Both the position numbers and the translations under genes were made by a program. The notes below the pieces were generated by a model, which was not told the DNA's origin, made no database searches, and worked only from the letters and a program-made list of their open reading frames with translations. Shown here one piece after another: positions 25,531-38,010 of a stretch of 64,000 nucleotides of DNA. Within the stretch, counting starts at the first letter, position 1. Each line of letters opens with the position of its first letter. Source of the stretch: Nymphaea colorata. Taxonomy: Eukaryota. The stretch spans positions 18,848,001 through 18,912,000 of the forward strand of contig NC_045138.2 in NCBI RefSeq assembly GCF_008831285.2, read 5' to 3'.

Positions 25531-25930
25531 TGAGAAAAAAACCCCGGCGATGGCCGGAGTTTCCAAGGGGGTTTTCGAGAGTAGAAATCATCCGGCGAAT
25601 GTCCGGGAAAGAGGGGAGGGGTTTCTCAAGTTTCATTGACTACATAAACTCCCGCCGACCTCAACTCCTGTTCTATGCGGCGTTTACACGACAATAGTTT
25701 ACATCGCATTTTTGTGAAAATTGATCTTATAGTATGTTTGCGATTGCAAACTTCGCGTTACGGGTTCGATCGACAATTTGAATTTTGGTGTTCACAATGT
25801 TTGTTGAAGTGTTCTTTGATCCAATAACTTTTGTATATTAAAGTGAATGCAATATATTATGCATCTGATCCCAATAATAAAAAAATCCAAGGTTATTTAT
25901 TTGGTTGTACAAGAGAACATAAGATCCAAG

Positions 25931-26393
25931 CTATGTCACATGGGTACGGGTACGGGTACAGGTGCTGCTACAGATATGGGAAAACGGGTACTGGTATGGC
26001 GTTTTTGAAATTCATGGTACGAGTACGGTGTAAATTTTATGCAATAAAGTTAATTTTTAATTAAAAAAATTATAAATTTTGAAGAAACAACAAAACACCA
26101 TCTCATAAAAATAAGCATCTTATAAAAACTTCAAAATTTTGACATTTGAGTGTGAATTATAACTTTAAAATTTAGAACACAGCGTTAATGGAAGCTTCTT
26201 TAGTCTTGTATCGACAAAATCTGAAACAGCAAACTAACATATAATATTGTTGCTGATTATATAAGCCGGTGGTTAGGGACCTCGACGGGTGAGAAGAGAT
26301 CTCTTTTTAAGACATTTTTTTTTTTTATAAACACCGCGTACCGCCATACCGGTACCGGTACGCGGGTCACTAAGACGTACCACGGTGACATAG
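25931..26393. mobile_element. hAT-superfamily MITE, 463 bp
   Basis: TIRs CTATGTCAC / GTGACATAG and a perfect 8-bp TSD GATCCAAG (25923-25930, 26394-26401). Subterminal GGTAC repeats. Confidence 0.92.
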
Positions 26394-28249
26394 GATCCAA
26401 GCAGTTGTACATGTATAATATGATCATTTAATAACCTAAAAAGTGGAATCATTGGCAGACGTTATTGCCCTATATCAAGCTAATAAACTACATGCTGTGG
26501 CATAAAATCTTTCAAGAACAGCGGCTTCAACTTATTAAGGATAATCAAAGTTTTACGGATCGTACGATTTGAGTGAGTTGGATGATGGATAACGGGAGTC
26601 ACTGTAGAATAATTGAAATCAGCCGGCGGCCAAATAAACAAATTATTGAAATTCACTAATATAAAAATAAATAAATTTTGTGATCCTGTTGTAGGCAAAT
26701 GCCCACGCACCCCTAGAGCCGGGGTCGCCCCTTTTAGGTACCAGCTTGTCACAAACATAAATTAGGTCCCAACATAATAAATTAAAAGTTTCAAATTTCT
26801 GGATTGCAGACCCTCGTATAAGAAGAAAACTCGAACAAAATTAATGACAAGCCAATATCATATAAATTAATGACAAGTCCTAGAGGCGCATGGATATGAT
26901 TCTCCACCTATGAAGGCTAGATTGTAAACAAGTCAGCTTTGGATAGCAGCACTGACAAGTGGGCGGAGGGAGGGGAGGGCTCGCGTACGCGGAGGGAGGG
27001 GAGGGCTCGCGTACGCCGTAGCCCGCCCCAAACTAGCTGGAAAAAAAAATTTTACACTAGAAAAATAAAAAAAAATTTAGTAGTTTAATGTATTTTTTTT
27101 ATTTAGGTTCAGTTTGGCTTACCCAAATTTAAGGTTGCATTATTTGGCCCGTCCCTAAATGAAATCCTAGCTCCGCCCTCAACTTGTACCATTAGAAAAA
27201 TGCAGGTCTTAAGTAGCGCAAAATAAATAAATAAATGAAAATAAAGATTGAAAAGCCGACTTTATCAATAATACCTTCATTGACATTTAAGAAGAGATGT
27301 GTAAAATCAGTAACGCAAAGAAACGTCCCCTTAAAGCCCCGTCATTTACCACAGTAGCTGACGCATTCCTTCTGCATCAAACGATGTACAATTTTTATGA
27401 AAAATACCTGAATACGGGGACTGCTTGGGAAAGTAAGTTGGATAGCAAATGGTCTTTATCTGAAAAGACATAATACCTGAATACTCATATATGCTTTTGC
27501 AAATATTCACATATTTGAATTTATATTCGGATTTGAATACAAACAAGGAAAAGTCATATTAGAATACAAATCCAAGATCTGATCATAATCCGAATCTGAT
27601 TTTTATATTTATATGTGAAGCCGAAACTAATTTTTGAACCTAATTTGGTTGATTTCTAAAATATAAGAGCATTAGATATATGATATTTTGTTTAATGAGT
27701 TTTAAGAATATTTTTCAAGAGTTTGATCTCCCTGTCTCGATTTCTTGGCTGAGAGGAGTGAGCCTGGTGGAGTTCAATGAACTAGAGCTCGACTCTACAA
27801 CTAAACAACCAAACAAGTCACTAAAAAAATTTAAACTCAACTCATTTATTGGAGTCGGTTCGAAAACGGGGCCGGAAATGCGCTTCACTCAACCGAATTA
27901 TACCACATGTGTACATGTATTGTATGGTGGTGCAGCAGCCGTTTCTTTATCGTTGAAAGCGATCGGGAGCCAAATCTGGTGACACATTTATTATAAAAGT
28001 CACTCCATGCCGTGTGGTCACCAGATTGACTTGCTCGCACCACTAACTTTTCCTCGAAGCTGCTGCAATAAGAAATTGAAGTTGTGTGCACCGTGCGCAA
28101 ATATTTTGATAATTTGTTAAAAAAAAATATTTTCTACAAATTTTTTTATTAAATTTTATTTGTCTTTTTTAACTTTTTTTTTTTTTTAATGTGAACTAAA
28201 GATATAATATGGCCATATCACGGTTAGCTTTCCCCCAAGATTCGACCTG

Positions 28250-28494
28250 AAAGGTCCTTCAAAATTGTGGCCTGCAAACAAGAGGTTAAAAGGCGAGGAA
28301 AAGTATAGAGCAACCAGGCCCGGGTTCCTCTTCTTTCTTTCCACGCCTCATCCTCCTCCTGCCAAATCCCACTTTACCTCTTCCTGTGTCCTTCCTCTTC
28401 AAGCCCCTATCATTCAGCTTGAAGCATCACCGGAAACTGCAGGGACAGCGTCTCGACCCTATCTCCTTCACCGGCGCCACTTTTCCAGGTAAGC
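28250..28494 (+). promoter_or_regulatory. Promoter region and non-coding exon 1 of copy E, donor GT at 28489
   Basis: ...gccacttttccag|GTAAGC, homologous to 10800-11062. The acceptor gctttag| is at 29666-29667. Confidence 0.7.
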
Positions 28495-29174
28495 ATTTCG
28501 AAAGTTTTTGTGTAATACGAAGACACGGCCACGGCTGCATCTTCGATGATGCCATGCTCCCTGGGTTGTGTGGTTAAAGGTATTCCGCCATTTCGGATGC
28601 AGTGCCACTCGACAATGGTTCCACCGTTGCCGAAGCAGCCAGCCCCATTGGGCTTGCATCGACCATGGCAGACGCGCCCAGCCCCGCTCCGCTGGGTCGA
28701 CAATGGTCGATGCAGCCACGCCGCTCGGCTGCTTCAGCTATTGCCGAAGCACAGCCCCACTGGAGAAACTATTCACAATCATGAACTTTGAATTCACATT
28801 CACATCCAATTAGCAAAAAACTCAGTACAAAATCTTTTGAACATATATATCGTCTTAGGCCACAGAAAAGAGTACCCGTCATTACTCTAATCTTGTAAAA
28901 GGAAAGGACATTAAACACTGATAAGCCTCAGTTTCCCTCTTTTGCATGCTTCCAGACCTAGTGTTCTTGGATTAACCAATTACTATCTTTTTCTCCCCCT
29001 TTCTCTTTACATCTATTTTCATATAAAGTAGGTGAAATACTTTGGCCATGCCGATCTCTATCCAATCAATCACAGCCATTCGTTGAAATTGCGTCTGGTA
29101 GACGTGATTAAATACTGCCGGAAGATTTTTCAGCTCAAACATGGACACAGAAATTTTGAAATATCTCTCTTTCT

Positions 29175-29177
<3 letters not shown>

Positions 29178-29213
<36 letters not shown>
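29178..29213. repeat. (CT)n microsatellite in the predicted 5'-UTR intron of copy E
   Basis: Read directly as a run of ct dinucleotides. Confidence 0.9.
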
Positions 29214-29215
<2 letters not shown>

Positions 29216-29697
29216 GCACACTATATATATTGCTACCAAATATTTATAAACTAGTGTTAACGGAAATCATATAGACCATTCAGTCCAAGAAAATCATATG
29301 GTAGAAATTAAATTCAAAATAAGATTAATCACTAAACAAGAACACTTAGCCTCCTTTTAGTGGGTATTTTAATCTCTTGAGAAAATAAATTGACATCCAT
29401 ATTTTCTACTTAACCTTTAAAAATTGAGGGCCTAAACGATTATCGATATTTCTAATAAATTAGGTTCTGTATCTTCCTATTTCCTTGTGTGTGTATATAT
29501 ATATATATCCTACGTTCTATGCATCATGTCATGTATGCTTTTAGTAATTCCCCATAAAAAAAACCAAGATCTCAATGTGCTGCTGAATCAACAACAAAAA
29601 TGGATTCATCTCCCTTGTCGCCTTGCCAACAGAACACTTACGTATAACTTTTCATTACTTGCTTTAGGTATCCTCTCCCAGCTTTGGCTTTTACCAC

Positions 29698-31134
29698 ATG
29701 GTGATGACTGACCGCACAAATACGGAAATAATGGCGGAAGAGGACAGGGACAATACGGTCATTGACATAGAAAAAGAATATGAATCTTATGATCCTGATG
29801 AATATAAATCAAAATTGGAAAAAAAGTGCATCTACAGATGGCCTAATATCCTTTCCATTACAGAAAGTATGTCCATGCACCGCATTCCTCACATGGCATC
29901 CCTTGGTCCCTACCACCGTGGGAGGAAGCACCTAAAGCCCATGGAGCATCACAAAGAGAGAGCTCTCTACAGGATCCTCAAGAGGAGCGGCGTTTCAATC
30001 TCTGACTTAGATGGCTCGTTGAAAGGCGTAGAGCTAGACCTTAGGGATAGCTACGACGATCTTGATACACAATGGACATCCGATAAATTTTTAAGAATGA
30101 TGTTGCTTGATGGGTGCTTCATGCTTGAACTCTTTCGTGCTAGATTATACCCGGATACCAAGGATCAGGATGATCCTGTTTTTAGTAGGGATAGTGTGGT
30201 TATGGGCACTGTGATTCGACGGGACATGCTGATACTAGAAAACCAAATCCCACTCCTTGTATTAAGAAAGTTGCGTGGAACAGAGGAAAAGAAAGAGATC
30301 AACGACGACACATATCTCAAAGAACTGTTCCAAAAAGCTTTAGGGCTCTTCGACTTGCCAGTTAATGAACGTAATTTGCATATTCTTGACATTTATAGGA
30401 AGTGCTTGATAATGGAGACTGCACCAATGCAACAAACAACCCCCTCCGCGCAAGTGTCTACCAAACCGGTTTGTACGCGATGTCTATCAGGGCTACATGT
30501 TGCTGGCGGGAAACTGAAGTCTATGCTCACATCGATCCCCACCTTGGACTGTAGGGCTCTATGCTGTAGGCCAATTCCCAAATCACATGTGCGGTCTGCA
30601 ATGAGGTTTCATGAGGCAGGGGTTGGGTTCAAGAAGAGGGAACCGCAGAATGGACTAAAGATTACCTTCGAAAATGGAGTGCTCACCCTTCCATCTATCC
30701 TCGTGGACGACCACACAGCGGCAATCTACAAGAACATACTGGCCTTTGAGATAATGCACCCAAAGTTGTGGAAGGATCGAAAGGTGGTTTCGTATGTGGG
30801 ATTCATGGATAGTTTAGTAGATACTGCTGAAGACGTGAACCTACTGTGCTCTCGAGGGATCATGATGAACATGCTTGGGAGTGACGAGGAAGCTGCCCAA
30901 GTCTTCAACAACTTGGGTGTTGGCATTCCATACTGTCCAGACCGTGAAATCGACGATCCCTTGCAGACATACGCTGCCTCCGGTTGGAATGCTGCGCGAG
31001 CATATCTGAAGCGGAAATACTTCCGAAACCCATGGGCTGCTGTGTCCCTACTTGCGGCCATTGTTTTGTTGGATTTGACATTTATTCAATCCTTCTTTTC
31101 TGTATGGGATTATATGCGTCCAAAGGATCCATAG
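29698..31134 (+). CDS. DUF247 protein, copy E (subtype alpha), intact, 478 aa
   Basis: Uninterrupted ORF with all DUF247 motifs and a C-terminal TM segment. It is the closest paralogue of copy C in the C-terminal two thirds. Confidence 0.95.
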   Translation: MVMTDRTNTEIMAEEDRDNTVIDIEKEYESYDPDEYKSKLEKKCIYRWPNILSITESMSMHRIPHMASLGPYHRGRKHLKPMEHHKERALYRILKRSGVSISDLDGSLKGVELDLRDSYDDLDTQWTSDKFLRMMLLDGCFMLELFRARLYPDTKDQDDPVFSRDSVVMGTVIRRDMLILENQIPLLVLRKLRGTEEKKEINDDTYLKELFQKALGLFDLPVNERNLHILDIYRKCLIMETAPMQQTTPSAQVSTKPVCTRCLSGLHVAGGKLKSMLTSIPTLDCRALCCRPIPKSHVRSAMRFHEAGVGFKKREPQNGLKITFENGVLTLPSILVDDHTAAIYKNILAFEIMHPKLWKDRKVVSYVGFMDSLVDTAEDVNLLCSRGIMMNMLGSDEEAAQVFNNLGVGIPYCPDREIDDPLQTYAASGWNAARAYLKRKYFRNPWAAVSLLAAIVLLDLTFIQSFFSVWDYMRPKDP

Positions 31135-32880
31135 CCACTTGATATGTTCTCATCTCTTAAACTATGACAGCATCGGGAATCAGCAGAAGCCTAACCACTC
31201 TCAAGTTGCTAGTGAGAAAAAGTTTAGAAAAATGAAAGATACACAACGTGTGTGGATGCATCGTGGTTCATTTAATGAACACCAACTTTTAAGTGACCAG
31301 GGTTCAAGCACCACCCATGTGATGTGTGTCTCATAATCGTCTGATTTCCATTTCCACCAGATTGCCTGCAGCAGATGTTGCTGCCATTCTTTTTTAATGA
31401 ATAATCTGCAGCTGCATCATCTTTTTCTGTTTTTTTAGCTTTTTGCAGTTCAGGTGCAAGTAATTGCCAAAAATTGAGTAATAACATTTTAGAAAAATAA
31501 ATTTCGATTCTTTTAAAATGTGTTCCACATGAATTTTATACATCAAACTTATTGATCCAATTTAGAATAAGCTTTAAAGGCAATATATGGATAAGATTTT
31601 ATAACCATTGAGATATGGAAAACCTTAGATCAATCATCAAATTCTGAATTTTTCTGAAAATACTGACTTACTTATAATGTCTAAGAGTTAATTTGTAGGA
31701 TTAAAATTATATGAATAACATTCGTAGGGTTAACATGTCAGAAAAAATCATCCATTGAAATGATTTCCGTAGACAAAGATAGGCTATAATATAACATCCT
31801 TGAACACTTGCCTGAAAAAAATACACAGCACACCATGTATATGATCTATTGACGGAAGAAAAACGAAACTTTTGGCCATCGAGGCAGCTGAAAGCTGAAA
31901 AGGCATTAGGACCTTGGCTTTTATAAGTACATTGATAACAACTAGAAAAAAAAAAAAATCGACTGAGAGAGATTTGCAACTTAGGAATGGCTGAAATTTC
32001 TTGATGACTCCAGTAGCTTCGCAATGTGGATAATTTTTTTAAGGCCTGGCTTTTAGCAAATTGAGCTGCGGTAGCATAAGAAAGCATGCAGAAGCACTTG
32101 GTTTTTCCATAACAAATCACATCGAAGCGAGAAGAACAGCCTGCTAACTTCTTCCATTCTGAGGTTAGCTTCAGACAGAATAGAAATGTGGAGAAACAGA
32201 TACATGTTAAGCTGAAAGAGAAACAGTGATTGTGGAATCTTAGGATTCCCTCCAAAACTTCAATTTCCTCATTAGTTCTCCCTCCTACCATTGCTGCCTT
32301 TCCCATTGATTGGATTGTTCAGTCTGTAGATGCATATCTCATGAATGCAGTGGCAATATGTATTAATTAACTGACTTCCACAGCTGTCGGGCCTGACTCG
32401 GTCGCGGGGTTGATCAGACATGACGACTTGCAAATTGACCCCTTTTGAAATGGTTGTCTTCATAAAGTGATAGCTGACATCGCATACATATTAATGCTGC
32501 TCAACAACTATAATAAATAGTGGTAACTGATCGCGCTATATACTGTCCAACATGCACATGATAATTAAACAAGCGGACCAAGACAAGCATTTTCCTTAGT
32601 TAGAATTTTGGATCCACAACATAGATTGTCATATTCAAATTATATTTACAACAACACAAGAGACAGATGGAACATTTCAGGGCCTTAAAAATTTTCACAG
32701 AAGCCTGAACAAAAGAGCAACTGTTTCGTATACAGGATGGTTGCTTATAATGAAAAACTGAGAAAATCTTGCTGCCTTGAAATTTTACATGTAATCATGA
32801 GAGACAGAGAGAGATAGAAAGTTAAACTTTTAGCAGGAGACCAATTGTTGTCTTGCAGGTATGCAATGAATAGACCGTTA

Positions 32881-33080
32881 CAGGGGCGAAACCAGCAACT
32901 TTTTATGTGGAAAGTTAAATTGTAGGTTCAAAATTTTGATAGTAGCCTAAATATAATTTTTTAAAAGTTTTATAATGGAATAAATATTTTTTAAAAAATT
33001 TACATGTAAATTTAAAAAAAAAAAAAAGTTGAGGGGAGGTCAGAGTCACAGACACCTTCCTCCCATTGTCTCTGCCCCTG
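32881..33080. mobile_element. hAT-superfamily MITE, 200 bp
   Basis: TIRs CAGGGGC / GCCCCTG and a perfect 8-bp TSD GACCGTTA (32873-32880, 33081-33088). Degenerate relatives lie near 14540-14760, 21020-21200, 26960-27180 and 33245-33360. Confidence 0.88.
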
Positions 33081-34339
33081 GACCGTTATCTAATTCTCTG
33101 ATGCTGAGGTTAAAGATCCTTTTGATCACCAGATAAATGAACCTTGCACAGTTTTGATGTGTCCGAATGGGAGAGAGAAAGAGAGACAGATAAGTACCAA
33201 TAGACCCTTCTTATCTCAATTACCACTAGGAAAGATTATTACTTAGGAGCAGAGCAAGACATTCTTTTCAAGAGGGCTGAACAGTATTTTCAAAATTTGT
33301 ACAAAAGCCGAATAATTATTTCAGAATTTTTATGTTAGACAATATTAAGAATTTTTATGTCTGACTTCTACCATTCTTTAATTTTAGGAACTCTGCACAC
33401 AGACTAGATGTCACCTGCATACTTAGTAATGTCACAAATGTCGTTCCTGGAAAAAGATTGACAAGGTTTCCTTTGTATATCTTTTTAGCAAAGCTGTTTT
33501 TCTCAAGAAAATTTCAGAAAAAAAATCATGAAAAATTTTAAAACATAAAAATCCTAAAAGTTTAAAATTAAAATAAATTATAAACTAATAAAAGAGTTGA
33601 AAAATTATGAAAAAAATCGCAAGGTCTTCACTTTTACTTAGATTTAACTCAAGAATGACTTTTGGCAAGTGAGTTCAGGCCGAGCTCAAGCCTAGGAGCC
33701 ATGGCCCCTTTGGGATTTTAAAAAACAAAGTTTTAAGTTAAAAGCTTTCAACTTTCAATTTTGGCCCCTATACAAATTTGAAAAAAAATCTGCTTTGAGC
33801 CGTTCGGCATGCCCAAGAAGAAAAAAATTGGTCTGAAAGTCCACCAAAGTGAATGGAAATTATCACAATTTCTTGTGAATTAGTCAATCAAATTAAAATT
33901 TATACGTTTTAAACTATCAAACCAAGCGGAAAAAATTAGGAAATTTGCCAACAAATAAATTAAAATAACAAGAAAATATTTGAGTTTGTTTTGCGACTTT
34001 TGTTACTGCATTATCCACGAGAATTCTACTTGACTGGCCCCTATAATAACTTTTGTTACATTATACGATCAAGTGAGCCTACATTGACGACCGAACGGAT
34101 TGCTGAGTCTGTAGATGCATGTAGATGCATGTGTCATGAATCCAATAGCAATAAATAGTAATTAACTGATCATGCCCAGGCCGAGCCAAGGGACCCAGTA
34201 CTCTGACTTGACTCAGTCGTGGCTCTGAAAGCCTGTCCAGACTAACTACTTGCAAGGCTGTCGCTTCTGGATCGGTCAGATATGACCACTTGCAAAAGTT
34301 GGGGCCACAAATTAATTAACCTGTCTTTGCTAACGTGAT

Positions 34340-34800
34340 ACCGGAAAATGACCCATCTGATATTCATATAGGTATCCTTTCTAATAAATGACGGGACCGA
34401 TCCCTCAGCAACATTGCATCGGACATCTATATTGGTGGGCCGTATAGCCAAAAAGGAAAAGCAATTCTATATATAGCCTCTACTCACTTGACTAGAAGCA
34501 CTAATTGCAAACAAACAGCAGGGACATTGTGTCGCCCCTTTCTCGTCCTCCACCGGCGCTTTCTCGTGTAAGCATTTCCAAAGTTTTTGTATAACACGAC
34601 TTTCCGATAACTTTCTTTTGGGGTCTTTTTGTGTTGGGAAGGAATGTTCTCTATTCATGCCTTTCAATTTTTTTGTTCTTGGGCTTCTTTTTCTTTTCTT
34701 TTTTTTTTGTGTAATAGGGAACAATGGTTCCACAGGTGGAAGCAGTCAGCTCCATTGGGCTGCATCGGCGATGGCCTGATGCACCCAACCCCCAACATCT
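34340..34800 (+). promoter_or_regulatory. Orphan copy of the DUF247 promoter/exon 1/intron-start module
   Basis: TATA ctatatatatag near 34468, an exon-1-like tgtcgcccctt, a degenerate donor tcgt|gtaagc near 34568 and the intron hairpin. Highly similar to 21500-21930 but followed by another promoter module rather than a CDS. Confidence 0.65.
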
Positions 34801-34999
34801 CAATCTACTACCCGTTATGGTTTCAGCTTAATCAGGATTCCTGGAAGATCTTAGTTAAGTGGAGTTTTTAACTCAACCCCAAAGGTCTCAAGATCTTCTG
34901 CACGAAGGATAGGACGTACGTTGTCTGATCTCCCATGATGGGGGCCGGTGGAAATTAATTCATCATATTTCATCTTATCCATTCTTCCACCTCGCTTGC

Positions 35000-35099
35000 T
35001 ATTAGTTAATTCATTGGCTGACATTAGTCCCACACGGAGAACCCTTCCTATTAGTTAATTCATTGGCTGACATTAGTCCCACACGGAGAACCCTTCCTA
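35000..35099. repeat. 49-bp tandem duplication
   Basis: tattagttaattcattggctgacattagtcccacacggagaacccttcc occurs twice in succession. The paralogous region at ~44540 has one copy. Confidence 0.9.
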
Positions 35100-35301
35100 G
35101 TATTGACCGAGTCTCGATCTGTAAGGACCACACATACCAATTATTCAAATCCAATAACAATTGCACGCGGTATTAGAGCTAATTATTACTAGAAAAAATG
35201 ACCCATCCAATATCCATATACACGGTCTTTTTAATAAATGTGGGGAGGACCGATCCTTCAGCAACTTTTCCTCGGACATCGATATAGGTGGGTCGTATAG
35301 C

Positions 35302-35403
35302 CAATGCTATAAACCGCCGGCACCACTCGACTTGAAGAATCACCGGAAAGAAAAGCAATGCTATAAACCGCCGGAACCACTCGACTTGAAGAATCACCGG
35401 AAA
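35302..35403 (+). repeat. 54-bp tandem duplication of the TATA/TSS unit upstream of copy F
   Basis: caatgctataaaccgccgg.accactcgacttgaagaatcaccggaaa starts at both 35302 and 35356. Confidence 0.88.
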
Positions 35404-35426
35404 CAGCAGTGACAGTGTGTCCGTCC

Positions 35427-35725
35427 TGTTGGTGTATGGAAGTTGATTCATACTGAACACTCATTTGTAATACCGTGGATCCAACTTTTTCTTCCTGTAA
35501 GGGCATATATGTCATTTTGTACAAATGCGAGTTTGCCCTAATCCTTATGTTTTGAGGATGGCCGCCGCTTGAGTGTGTCTGTTCTGTGTGTTCATAGAAG
35601 AAAGAGAATACAAGAGATCTGTGTGACCGTGGACGTAGAAGATTATTGCTCTGAACTTCTTCCTTGTTGCTTCTAACCCCCTCTTGAGAGTGCGTGAGGA
35701 AAGTTTATTGTTGTTGTTCCTAACA
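35427..35725 (+). mobile_element. Solo LTR (same family as 9159-9444) inserted in the 5'-UTR exon of copy F
   Basis: TGTTGG...CTAACA ends with flanks CGTCC/CGTTC (5-bp TSD, one mismatch). Removing it restores the exon-1 sequence up to the donor at 35760. Confidence 0.85.
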
Positions 35726-36681
35726 CGTTCATTTTCCTCCACCACCGCCACTTTCTCAGGTAAACATTCCAAAACATTTTTTTGTATATAATACTTTCCA
35801 TTGACTTTCTTTTGGGGCTTTTTTGTGCAGGGATGTTACATTCTCTGTTCCTGCCTTTTTCTTTTTCTTTTTTTTGTTTTGTTCTCTAAGGGCTTTGTTG
35901 TTATTCCTTAATTTTTTTGTAATAGTGGAACAATGGTTCCACAGTTGGAAGCAGGCAGCCCCATTCGGGAACATCGGCAATGGCCCAACGCACCAAACCC
36001 TGATGGACTACGTCGGCCATTGCTCGACGCACAGGACCATTCGCATCTTAAATGTTGAATCTAAAGTTCTAAACCATGTGGACTGATAAATATTCTAGCG
36101 ACTATGGAAGCAAAGAAAATTGGAATAGTCCGTATGGTTGTTTTGGTTTTAAGTGATGAATGTTATGCTACTATTATCTGGATTTACATTCGAGAAACTA
36201 TTCAAAATCATTTGTTTTGAATTAACATTCAAATCCAATTGCATACGAATCAAACTCAGTAAAAAAACTGCATGTGCTGCAACTTGTTGCGGCCAGTTTA
36301 AAATGTTTACCATATTAACTTTACCAACTTTTCAAGTGTTAGTATATCCCCGACTTGTTACTTCCATCCGAACCCTACTTCTTCATCTTTCTTCTTCCAT
36401 CTTTTCTTTTCTCTTCTTTCTTCCTCCCATCAGCAATTTTCTGCAAAGCACTTCTTCATTGTGTTTTTGGAGTGTCTGAATAGCATATTGTTGCATGTTT
36501 TTTTCATCACAAGGATGCAGGTTGAATTTTTCTTATTGCTAACAATTCCTCGAACAATTCTTTCTTGTGGCTTCGCCCACAAAAGAAGTTGCTTATAACT
36601 TCTCATTATTTGCTTTAGGTATCCTGCCTCTGCAGTTGCTCTTTCTATATCGCAACCACGAGTGACATAAATACAACAGCA

Positions 36682-38010
36682 ATGGCAGAAGAGGAGGAGA
36701 AGGAGATTTGGGCCATTTGGGAAGCTGTCATAGGAGAAAAATATGAATCTTACGATCCTTCTACATATGAGTCGAAGTTGCAAAAAAAGTGCATCTACAA
36801 ATGGCCTAACGACCTTGCCCTTACATCAAGCATGTCCAAGCACCGCACTCCTTACATGGTATCCCTTGGTCCTTACCACCATGGGAAGAAGAACCTACAG
36901 CCCATGGAGCATCACAAACAGAGAGCTCTCTACCGGATCCTCAATAGGAGCGGGGTTTCACTCACTAGCTTCATTGAGTCATTGAAAGGCATCGAGCAAG
37001 AACTTAGGGATAGCTACGACAATCTTGATCCAAAGCTGTCATCAGGTTCATACTTGAACTCCTATGCAGCTTAACTGAACGTAGTTCGGACAACTATGAG
37101 CCCATCTTCAGCAGCGAAGGGAAGCTCACACATACTGTGGCTTTCCGGGACATGCTGTTGCTAGAAAACCAAATCCCACTCCTTGTCCTAAGAAAATTGG
37201 TCGAGGTAGGGAGATTGTGCGAGGTCAACAGTGATGCATATCTCAATCAACTGATCTCAAGAATTTACAGGATGACCCAAATTGGTGGTTCTAATTTACA
37301 TATTTTAGACATTTACAGGAAGTGCTTGATAACGCGCATCACAACGGAACAACAGAGACGTCAACCATGTCTGCATGTCATCCGCAAAGGACTTAAGCAG
37401 ATGCCATTCGCCGTCCGCAACCTGGTCTTTAGGCTTTTAGGCAAACAAATTTCCAAACCAGGAAACGTGCGATCAGCAGTGAGGTTTAATGAAGCAGGCG
37501 TTGAGTTCAGGACCGCGGAACTCTTTAGCGGGCTACAAATGAATTTTGACATGGAAAGCGGAGTGCTCTCACTCTTCCATACATCAGCATAGATGACCAC
37601 ACAGCAGCAATTTACATGAACTTGATGGCCTTCGAACGGATGCACCCAGAAATCGAAAAGCATGAGGTGGCATCATATGTCTCCTTCATGGACGACTTGA
37701 TAGACACTGCTGAAGACGTTAGTCTGCTGTGCTCTCGAGGTATCGTGAAGAACCATCTTGGCAGTGACAAGGATGCTGCCAATGTCTTCAACAAGTTGGG
37801 CGATGGCATTTCATACGCCCCAGATGTTGAACTCTATAAAAACTTGCAGTCTTATGTTGCCTCAGACTGGAATTGGCAAGAGCATATTTGAAGCGAAACT
37901 ACTTCCAAAACCCATGGTCTATTATGTCTCTACTTGCTGCTATTGTCTTACTGGTTTTAACGTTTATTCAGACCCTATTTTCTGTTTTAGCCGTGAAAAA
38001 TAGCAAGTGA
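36682..38010 (+). pseudogene. DUF247 pseudogene, copy F (subtype beta)
   Basis: Fragmented ORFs at 36682, 37137 and 37616. An ~34-nt deletion at ~37048 removes LRMMLLDGCF. There is a further deletion near 37360 and small indels near 37570 and 37875. The terminal TGA is at 38008-38010. Confidence 0.92.

Noticed and set aside
31707..32306. 199-aa minus-strand ORF downstream of copy E
   Set aside because: Lies across duplicated spacer blocks whose other copies (13690-13940, 16620-16850) show no equivalent ORF in the track, and has no recognisable domain.
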